Of a stretch of 35,137 nt of DNA, positions 8,700-16,297 are shown piece by piece (position 1 is the stretch's first letter; each line of letters opens with the position of its first letter). Both the position numbers and the translations under genes were made by a program. Origin of the DNA: Candidatus Berkelbacteria bacterium CG_4_10_14_0_2_um_filter_35_9_33_12 (GTDB lineage Bacteria; Patescibacteriota; UBA1384; GWA2-35-9); the NCBI GenBank assembly GCA_002793435.1, contig PFQF01000028.1, forward strand, positions 1 through 35,137, read 5' to 3'. A model generated the notes under the pieces. It saw nothing but the letters and a program-made list of their open reading frames with translations, did not search any database and was not told the origin of the DNA.

Positions 8700-9566
8700 A
8701 TGGGAAAGAACATCCCAATACGTCGGCATGAGGCTGGCGGACAGAGAGAAAAAAAGGATGATCAGCACCCACTAAGAGACGGGCAGGCTGATGTCCTTGT
8801 TACGGTAGTCGGTACGCACGGCAGTGAGCGTGCGTACGCAGAGGTAGCACAGATTATCTCCTCGAATATCGAGGAGCTGGACGAAGGCATGAAGGTTTTC
8901 GTCCAGGATACGGTTGCCGAACGAATGGTTCGCGACCGAAAAGGGCAATGGGGCCCCGGATCACAAATGGTGGTCCGGGTATCCCGGAATACGAGTGAGA
9001 AGTTCTCCCAAAAGTGGCCCCTTTGGGGATTCTTTTGGGACATGTACCACACGGACAATGTCCGAGTGGTACCCCGTGACCCCGACGATGTCGTCGAGGA
9101 GCAAAATGCCTCGTCGATCGAGAGTCTTGAGAAAGAAATACTCGATCTTGTTGAGCGCAAAGAAGCGCTCAATGTTAACGACACCTGTCTCGAGCAGAAG
9201 ACGCTCGAGGCTGTCTGTGCTCTCGAGTTGCTCTTGTCCGAGGAGGATATGGGTAAAATCGATGAGCGAGAATGGGCGGCAAAGATCGCGTTGACTTCGC
9301 TAAAGAAGTCAATCGCGATACTGGAGCGTCCTGGAGAATTCCAGTCGGGTGTCAAGGACCGATGTGGGTCCTTGGTCGAGCGCCTCCGGGCGTCGATCAA
9401 GAAGATGCCACCGCCCACTCGAAAGAATGGCAACGGCTCCTCCCCGAGTGGGGAGGAGGGTCACCTAACGGTGACCATTGCTGACATCGTCGGCAATCTG
9501 GAGCTGAACCCCGCCCAGGACAACCCCGACGATGTCGTCGAGGAGCCGGAAGCCATTCCGGCATAA
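8700..9566 (+). CDS. Hypothetical GC-rich orphan protein with a predicted helical/coiled-coil middle
   Basis: 288 aa, AAGGAG RBS, own promoter and terminator; GC far above the flanks; PDDVVEE occurs twice. Confidence 0.7.
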   Translation: MGKNIPIRRHEAGGQREKKDDQHPLRDGQADVLVTVVGTHGSERAYAEVAQIISSNIEELDEGMKVFVQDTVAERMVRDRKGQWGPGSQMVVRVSRNTSEKFSQKWPLWGFFWDMYHTDNVRVVPRDPDDVVEEQNASSIESLEKEILDLVERKEALNVNDTCLEQKTLEAVCALELLLSEEDMGKIDEREWAAKIALTSLKKSIAILERPGEFQSGVKDRCGSLVERLRASIKKMPPPTRKNGNGSSPSGEEGHLTVTIADIVGNLELNPAQDNPDDVVEEPEAIPA

Positions 9567-9801
9567 CACTTCCCCCTGTTCTAGGCACCCCGCATTCGTT
9601 GGGCAGGGGTAGAAGGGAGGTGATGGGCTTTGAAGAAGCCTGGTCATCTGGAATTTTGGGGCGCTGGGGTGCCCGTTGAAGACTTAAAGGGAAGCCATCC
9701 CCAGTTCCGGCTTCCCGAACCCCTTTCCTGGTAGGGGATGCGTAAAAATTAACCGGGAGGAGAGAGCGACCAGGAATGGCTCTCTCCTCCCATCCATTTA
9801 C

Positions 9802-9835
9802 AAACCTGTCAGCAATGCGCTGAGCGGGTTTTTTC
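9802..9835 (+). terminator. Intrinsic terminator
   Basis: AAACCTG-TCAGC-AATGC-GCTGA-GCGGGTTTTTT. Confidence 0.65.
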
Positions 9836-9855
9836 TTGTCAAAAAACGAGAGAGA

Positions 9856-9900
9856 GTAGGAAAAGTAGGTTTGGTAGGTAACTTAGGTCAAGTAGGTTAT
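9856..9900. repeat. Five 9-bp units upstream of the four-helix-bundle gene
   Basis: GTAGGAAAA GTAGGTTTG GTAGGTAAC TTAGGTCAA GTAGGTTAT. Confidence 0.8.
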
Positions 9901-9909
9901 AATACTAAT

Positions 9910-10466
9910 ATGTCTTTGCGGTATGAAAACTTAATAATTTACAAACAAGCTGTTATTATCTTTTCTTTGATCTAAATGATTATTTTTGTAAAACCTATCT
10001 TAAGGACTATGCTGAAAAGCGAACCGTTGAACAGATGCAACAAGCGTCAAGAAGCGGAAAACAAAACATAGTTGAAGGTATCTCAGAGATTAGTACAAGT
10101 TTACAGATAAATTTAGTGGCTGTTTCAAAAGCATCTTACCTAGAGTTTCTTGAAGATTATAAAGACTATTTGAGCAGAAACAGATTTAAAGTTTGGGACA
10201 AAAATGACCCTAGTTTATCTGTAATTAGGTTTTCTTCTACTACCTACCAGACCTACCTAACCTACAAAATCCTACCCATTTCTATCAAAAAACTTCTTAC
10301 TCAACCAGAGTCTTTTTGTAACTTAATGATAACTTTATTGAATCAAGAAACTTATATTATGTTGGATAAGTTTGTCAAAACACTTGAGAGCCAGTTTATT
10401 AAAACTGGCGGTTATGGAGAAAACCTGACCAAAAAAAGACTTGATTTTCGGAGAAAAAAGCAGTAG
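9910..10466 (+). pseudogene. Four-helix-bundle protein (TIGR02436/TIGR04258-like, 23S-IVP/Avd fold), frameshifted
   Basis: MSLRYENLIIYKQAVIIF from 9910; TCTTT duplication at 9959..9968; continues in another frame FDLNDYFCKTY..RTVEQMQQASRSGKQNIVEG..ASYLEFLEDY..FIKTGGYGENL. Confidence 0.8.
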
Positions 10467-10478
10467 GTTGGGTAGGAT

Positions 10479-11669
10479 ATGTTAATCAAAACCATTCTAG
10501 CGATCGAGACTTCGTGCGACGAAACTTCGGCATCAGTACTTCAGGTTAACCCCAGAGGTGAACCGAGAGCTAATTTAAAGGTTAAGGTGCTTTCATCTGT
10601 GGTTTACTCGCAGGTATTGACACATCGAAAAACTCAAGGGGTAGTGCCTGAAGTAGCGGCTCGGGAGCATTCGGTTAAGATTATACCAGTAATAAAAAAG
10701 GCACTTTTGGATGCTCAAATAGTTCTAAAACAATCAAGCTTGAGCCGAAAAGAGTTTATTTCAAAGCATATTGATTACATAGCGGTAACCACTAATCCCG
10801 GTCTTTTTGGCTCATTAATGGTTGGGGTTGAAACAGCTAAAACTCTTTCTTACTTGTACAATAAACCAATTATACCTGTAAACCACATTCATGGGCATTT
10901 AGCATCAGTTTTAACCGAGAAGTTAACCAGTCAAACTGGTTTAGATAAAAAAGCGCAAAAAGTACTATTTCCGATGATTACTCTGACGGTCTCTGGTGGG
11001 CATACCAATCTGGTTTTATCTAAAAAATTAGGCGATTATCAGATTGTTGGGAAAACGCTGGACGACGCCGCCGGTGAAGCGTTTGACAAAATTGCTAAAA
11101 TGCTCGATCTTGATTACCCTGGTGGGGTGGAAGTTGCCAGAATAGCTGACCAGTACCAACAAGAAGTAGTAAGTAGTAAGTATTATGTATTAAGCGAAGA
11201 CAAAAGAATACCCCATAATATTAGCCCCATAATACATAATACAGACTTTAACTTTCCTCGTCCTGTGCTCCACTCTCACGATTTCAATTTCTCTTTCTCT
11301 GGCTTGAAGACAGCTGTCTATTACCAACTCCGAAAAATGGATAAGCGTTGCATAAAAATTATGCAAGGATATATCTGCTACGAGGCACAAAAAGCGATTG
11401 TGGAGGTGTTGGTTGCCAAGACCCTGAAAGCGGCTGAAAAGTATCAAGTTAAAACGGTTGGTTTGGCTGGCGGAGTTGCCAGCAATTTTTTCTTGAGGAA
11501 GAAACTAAAATTTAAAATTAAAAATTTAAAATTAAAAATTGCCCTTTCAGTAGCTCCGAAAGAATTATGCACGGATAACGCTACAATGATCGCTCTGTCA
11601 GCGGGAATAGATTTGTATTTAGGGAGAAACATTAAATCGTGGGAGAGGGTGGTAGCGAGTAGTAACTAA
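10479..11669 (+). CDS. tsaD: tRNA t6A37 threonylcarbamoyltransferase TsaD, with repeat-derived insertions
   Basis: ILAIETSCDET, GVVPEVAAREH, NHIHGH, VSGGHT, DDAAGEAFDK, FSFSGLKTA, CTDNATMI. Confidence 0.96.
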   Translation: MLIKTILAIETSCDETSASVLQVNPRGEPRANLKVKVLSSVVYSQVLTHRKTQGVVPEVAAREHSVKIIPVIKKALLDAQIVLKQSSLSRKEFISKHIDYIAVTTNPGLFGSLMVGVETAKTLSYLYNKPIIPVNHIHGHLASVLTEKLTSQTGLDKKAQKVLFPMITLTVSGGHTNLVLSKKLGDYQIVGKTLDDAAGEAFDKIAKMLDLDYPGGVEVARIADQYQQEVVSSKYYVLSEDKRIPHNISPIIHNTDFNFPRPVLHSHDFNFSFSGLKTAVYYQLRKMDKRCIKIMQGYICYEAQKAIVEVLVAKTLKAAEKYQVKTVGLAGGVASNFFLRKKLKFKIKNLKLKIALSVAPKELCTDNATMIALSAGIDLYLGRNIKSWERVVASSN

Positions 11670-11765
11670 GCAAGAATAATTCATTTCAAAACCTTGCCTA
11701 TCTAACCTATATGACCTATAATCAAGACGGGTATAAAGGAATGTAGGAATCTAGAGATAAAGAAA

Positions 11766-13934
11766 ATGGACAAGCAATACAATTTTAAAGAAAACGAGGA
11801 GAAGCTCTATAAAGAGTGGGCAAAAAAAGATGTGTGGAAGCCAAAGGGCGAGGGCAAGCCGTTCGTGATGGTGATTCCTCCACCAAATGTAACTGGCTCA
11901 CTCCATATGGGGCATGCTTTAAACACAACTTGCCAAGATATTTTAGCCCGTTATTATCGTCAAAAAGGACGACCGGTCAAGTGGGTGGTTGGGACTGATC
12001 ATGCCGGGATTGCGACGCAAACTAAGGTTGAAAAAGCGCTCCTCAAAAAAGGCATCAAAAAAAACGAGATCTCAAAAGAAGAATTTCTAAAACATATTTG
12101 GTTATGGAAAGAAGAGTATGGCAACCAAATTATTCATCAACTTCAACGATTGGGAGCAAGTTGCGATTGGTCAAAAATTTACTTTACAATGGACAATGAT
12201 TATCAAGAGGCGGTTAAAACTGCTTTCAAGCATTTCTACGATCAAGGGTTGATTTATCAAGCCGACCGTGTTGTCAACTGGTGTACTCGCTGTCAGACAT
12301 CGCTGTCGGATTTGGAGGTTGAGTATCGAAAGGAAAATACGAAGCTATATTATTTTAAATACGATAAAGATTTTCCGATTGTGATTGCTACCACTCGTCC
12401 GGAAACAAAATTGGGAGACAGCGCTGTTGCAGTTAACCCAAAAGATAAAAGATATAAAAAATATATTGGGCAAACAATCAGTGCCGATTTTGTTGGACAA
12501 AAATTAAATTTAAAAATTATTGCCGACCCGATGGTGGATATGAAGTTTGGTACTGGCGCTTTAGGTGTAACCCCAGCACATTCGTTGGCGGATGCTGAAT
12601 TGGCTGAAAAATATAGTCTCAAATCGATTCAAGTTATTGATAGATTCGGAAAAATTGTAAGCAATTTTTCCGAAGGTTTAAAGGTACGAAAATTTAAAGG
12701 TTTAAGGGCGATAGAAGCTAGAGAAAAGATTATTGAAGAGTTGGAGAAGAAAGGATTGATTGAAAAAATCGAGGATATCAAACACAACATATCTATTTGT
12801 TATCGGTGCGAGAGAGAGATTGAACCGATGACATCGAAACAATGGTTTGTTTCGATGAAACCCGAAACCCGAAATCCGAAATCCGAAACAATATCAAAAT
12901 CTAAAATTCAAAATAAATCATTACGAGAATTAGGGATGGAAGCGGTTAAGTCGGGAAAGGTTCAATTTGTGCCGAAAAAGTGGGAAAAGGTTTATCTGAA
13001 TTGGATGGAAAATGTTAAAGACTGGTGTATTTCAAGACAGCTTGTTTGGGGACACCGTATGCCCGTTTTCATTAAAAAACAAGCTACGAATTTAAAATTT
13101 AAAATTAAAAATTTAAAATTAAACGATAAAGACATCTATGTTGGGGACAATCCGCCTGAGGGGTTTGAACAAGTTGACGATGTTCTCGATACTTGGTTTT
13201 CTTCGGCGTTATGGTCGTTTGCGACTTTGGGCTACCCAAAAAAATTGGATAAAAAATATTATCCGACAACGGTACTTTCGACCGCAAGAGATATTATCCA
13301 TCTTTGGGTTTCTAGAATGATTTTTTCGTCACTAGATTTAACCGGCGAAATCCCGTTTGAAAAAGTTTATATCCACCCAACAATTTATAATCAAGAAGGC
13401 AAACGGATGTCAAAATCACTTGGAACTGGGCTAGACCCGATTGAATTAATCGATAAATATGGCGCTGACGCTGTTCGTTTTGGTTTAACGCTTTTAAATA
13501 CTGGAGTTCAAGATATCAAATTTAGTGAAGTTCACATTTTAGCGGGGAGGAAATTTGCCAATAAACTATGGAATATAGCTCGATTTATAGAGATGAATGA
13601 GATGAATCGGAAATTTTTAATTTCTAATTTTCAATTTTCATTAAATTTTCAAAACCCAATTTACAATCTATATTTTAATAAAGTCGATAAACTGGAAACA
13701 GAGACAGAGAGGGATTTGGAGCAGTTTCGGTTTGGGCAAGCTTTGGAAAGAATTTACCACTTTATTTGGCATGATTTTGCCGATAAAATGATTGAAGAAA
13801 CAAAGCAAGACGAAAGTGATGAAAAAATGGTATTTTTGCAAACGGTGTTTTCTCGCCTACTTAATTTAGTTGAACCATTTATGCCGTTTGTGGCTAGTAA
13901 GCTAAAATCCGAAACCCGAATACCGAAATTCTAA
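11766..13934 (+). CDS. valS: Valine--tRNA ligase, short form without the C-terminal coiled coil
   Basis: PPPNVTGSLHMGH, GTDHAGIATQ, DWCISRQLVWGH, DVLDTWFSS, RMSKSLG. Confidence 0.96.
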   Translation: MDKQYNFKENEEKLYKEWAKKDVWKPKGEGKPFVMVIPPPNVTGSLHMGHALNTTCQDILARYYRQKGRPVKWVVGTDHAGIATQTKVEKALLKKGIKKNEISKEEFLKHIWLWKEEYGNQIIHQLQRLGASCDWSKIYFTMDNDYQEAVKTAFKHFYDQGLIYQADRVVNWCTRCQTSLSDLEVEYRKENTKLYYFKYDKDFPIVIATTRPETKLGDSAVAVNPKDKRYKKYIGQTISADFVGQKLNLKIIADPMVDMKFGTGALGVTPAHSLADAELAEKYSLKSIQVIDRFGKIVSNFSEGLKVRKFKGLRAIEAREKIIEELEKKGLIEKIEDIKHNISICYRCEREIEPMTSKQWFVSMKPETRNPKSETISKSKIQNKSLRELGMEAVKSGKVQFVPKKWEKVYLNWMENVKDWCISRQLVWGHRMPVFIKKQATNLKFKIKNLKLNDKDIYVGDNPPEGFEQVDDVLDTWFSSALWSFATLGYPKKLDKKYYPTTVLSTARDIIHLWVSRMIFSSLDLTGEIPFEKVYIHPTIYNQEGKRMSKSLGTGLDPIELIDKYGADAVRFGLTLLNTGVQDIKFSEVHILAGRKFANKLWNIARFIEMNEMNRKFLISNFQFSLNFQNPIYNLYFNKVDKLETETERDLEQFRFGQALERIYHFIWHDFADKMIEETKQDESDEKMVFLQTVFSRLLNLVEPFMPFVASKLKSETRIPKF

Positions 13935-13972
13935 ACAAATTCAAATATTAAAATTATAAATTACAAACTGAA

Positions 13973-14039
13973 TGTCATCCCAGACTCGATCGGGGATCCA
14001 TAAATAATAGTCTAGATTCCCGCTTTTGTGGGAATGACA
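13973..14039. repeat. REP/RPE/dRS3-like GC-richer palindromic element
   Basis: TGTCATCCCAGACTCGATCGGGGATCCA...TAGATTCCCGCTTTTGTGGGAATGACA; terminal TGTCAT/ATGACA inverted repeat with two sub-hairpins. Confidence 0.75.
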
Positions 14040-14057
14040 ATCGTAACAATAATTTTT

Positions 14058-15263
14058 ATGCAAAAAATTAAAAATATTTACCATCTTTTACGGGCGGTTG
14101 TTGCCAATTTTCGCTATGGATTTCCGACCAGAAAATTATTAACAGTTGCGGTAACCGGCACGAACGGTAAAACTTCAACTGTCAATTTTATTGGTCAGAC
14201 GCTCGACCTTTTAGGTGAAAAAACGGCTTGGATTACGACGATTGATTTTAAGGTCGCTGATAAAACTTGGCAAAATAAAACCAAGATGACAGCACTTGAC
14301 CCGATGCAATTTCAAAAAATTGCCAAAGATGCGGTTAAGGCGGGTTGTAAGTATTTTATTTTTGAAGCCACCTCCCACGCTATTGATCAAAAACGGATTT
14401 GGGGAACGCATATCAATGTTGTAGTGCTAACTAATGTGACTCGGGATCATTTGGATTATCATAAAACATTTAAAAATTATCTAAAAACTAAGCTCAAAAT
14501 ATTTAAACGCAAGACTAAAGCGGTGATAAATTTAGACGATGAAAACAGCAAAAAATTTATTAAGAAATGTCGCAAAATTATTACTTATTCAATCAAAAAT
14601 CCTAAAGCGGATCTAAATTTAAAAAATTGTGAAATTAAGAACGATCAATTATTGGGCGAATTTAATCAATCCAATTTATTGGCTTCGCTTGGCGTTTTAA
14701 TCAGTTTGGGTTTTGACAAAAAAGTAATTGAGAAAAATATTTCTAAACTTAAAAATATTCGGGGAAGAATGGAATTAATTGAATGCGGGCAAAATTTCAA
14801 GGTGGTGATTGATTACGCTCATACGCCGGACGCTTTTAAAAAATTGTATAGAGCTCTATTGCCATTGAAGAAAAATAAAATCATTCATGTTTTTGGTGCC
14901 ACTGGCGCTCGGGATAAGGGTAAAAGACCAATATTAGCCAAAATCGCTTCGCAATTTGCGGACAAAATAATTTTGACTAACGAAGATCCGTATCACGAAA
15001 AACCGGCACAAATTATCAACGAAATAGCGATAGGAATTCCCAAAATATTTACTGATTTTGAAATAATCATTGATCGAAAACGAGCGATTAAAAAAGCTGT
15101 TCAAGTGGCTAAAAAAGACGATATTGTACTAATTACTGGCAAAGGGCACGAGGAAATTATGGCAGTTTCGGATGGAACGAAAAAAGGCTTTATGTTGGTG
15201 GAGTTTGATGAGAGAGAAATAGTGCGAAATACAATACAAAAAATTCTAAATACCAAATCCTAA
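14058..15263 (+). CDS. murE: UDP-MurNAc-tripeptide synthetase MurE-like (no N-terminal domain)
   Basis: VTGTNGKTS, EATSHA, TNVTRDHLDYH, GRME, DYAHTPD, GARDKGKRP, TNEDP, GKGHE; the track start at 14028 lies inside the palindrome. Confidence 0.9.
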   Translation: MQKIKNIYHLLRAVVANFRYGFPTRKLLTVAVTGTNGKTSTVNFIGQTLDLLGEKTAWITTIDFKVADKTWQNKTKMTALDPMQFQKIAKDAVKAGCKYFIFEATSHAIDQKRIWGTHINVVVLTNVTRDHLDYHKTFKNYLKTKLKIFKRKTKAVINLDDENSKKFIKKCRKIITYSIKNPKADLNLKNCEIKNDQLLGEFNQSNLLASLGVLISLGFDKKVIEKNISKLKNIRGRMELIECGQNFKVVIDYAHTPDAFKKLYRALLPLKKNKIIHVFGATGARDKGKRPILAKIASQFADKIILTNEDPYHEKPAQIINEIAIGIPKIFTDFEIIIDRKRAIKKAVQVAKKDDIVLITGKGHEEIMAVSDGTKKGFMLVEFDEREIVRNTIQKILNTKS

Positions 15264-15370
15264 ACACTAAACAAATTCAAAATATTAAATTCTAAATTCC
15301 AAACGGTTTGTTATTTGGTATTTTGGATTTAGATATTGTTTAGAGTTTAGAAATTAGAGATTAGGATTTA
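15241..15370. repeat. Full-length heptamer-unit palindromic repeat overlapping the murE 3' end
   Basis: Same layout as 1..96, centre AAACGGTTT; encodes the last MurE residues and the TAA. Confidence 0.88.
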
Positions 15371-15386
15371 TTTATCAAATTTTAAA

Positions 15387-16292
15387 ATGAATTTTTTGAG
15401 ATCCATTTATTGGCAAAAGTTTCAACAAAAGTACGGACGCAATGTCAGCCGTTTTGACGACTTAAATACTATCTATTTTCCATTGAAAAAAGGTTTGTGT
15501 TGGGGGTTGGTGTCGGCATTTGAGGAAAAAGATCGAGCTAAAATTAAAACTATTATCAAAAATGCTCGAGAAAATAAAGCCATATATTTAAAGTTTGAAC
15601 CGACCGAAGATTTTGATTGGGGGAAAACAGATTATAAAATTGTTCCGTCAAAAGATATTCATCCGTTACAGACACTAGTTTTGGATTTGATAAAATCTGA
15701 AGCTGAATTGATTGTCTCGATGAAACAAAAAACTCGCTATAATATTCGCTTAGCCAGTAAAAAAGGAGTTAAAATTGTTAAAAATCCGGATCAAGGGGTG
15801 GAAATATTTTATCACTTAGTCAAAGAAACTGAAGCGAGAGATAAAGCCAAATTTCATAACTTGAAATATTATCAAACTATGTATGCGGTTTTGCACAATC
15901 AATATCATCGGCTCGATGTTTATTTAGCCAAATTTGAAAACAACTATTTAGCCGGAGCGATTATCTATCACGATTTTGAAAACAAGACCAGCTACTACTT
16001 GCATGGCGCTTCATCAGATCAAATGAAAAATTTAATGGCGCCTTATTTATTACAGTGGCAGATAATTAAAGATTGCCGAGAAGCAAGTCAAAAAAAGTAC
16101 GATTTTTTCGGTATAAAAACAGCCACGACCGACCGATTAATGGCGGACGAAAAACATTCTTGGTATGGGATCACCAAGTTTAAACTTGGTTTTGCGCCCA
16201 AAGGTAAATTGATTAATTATTCTAAAGCGAAAGATTTGATCCTTAAGCCATTTTGGTATAAAATTTATACAGTCTACCAAAAAATAAGATAG
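15387..16292 (+). CDS. FemAB/FemX-family peptidoglycan bridge peptidyltransferase
   Basis: NFLRSIYW, MKQKTRYNIRLA, YYLHGASS, APYLLQW, YDFFGI, GITKFKLGF. Confidence 0.9.
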   Translation: MNFLRSIYWQKFQQKYGRNVSRFDDLNTIYFPLKKGLCWGLVSAFEEKDRAKIKTIIKNARENKAIYLKFEPTEDFDWGKTDYKIVPSKDIHPLQTLVLDLIKSEAELIVSMKQKTRYNIRLASKKGVKIVKNPDQGVEIFYHLVKETEARDKAKFHNLKYYQTMYAVLHNQYHRLDVYLAKFENNYLAGAIIYHDFENKTSYYLHGASSDQMKNLMAPYLLQWQIIKDCREASQKKYDFFGIKTATTDRLMADEKHSWYGITKFKLGFAPKGKLINYSKAKDLILKPFWYKIYTVYQKIR

Positions 16293-16297
16293 AAATT

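Noticed and set aside
8762-9433. 223-aa antisense ORF and other overlapping ORFs in the GC-rich segment
   Set aside because: Expected shadow ORFs in GC-rich DNA; the plus-strand ORF has the promoter, RBS and terminator.
9623-9688. 21-aa ORF MGFEEAWSSGILGALGCPLKT after GGAGG
   Set aside because: The SD-like sequence is only 2 nt from the ATG and is sequestered in a stem; no other support.
9079-10466. Diversity-generating retroelement (Avd-like gene plus a repeat pair)
   Set aside because: No reverse transcriptase in the window; the 24-bp pair is identical and short, without the adenine-specific differences of a TR/VR pair.
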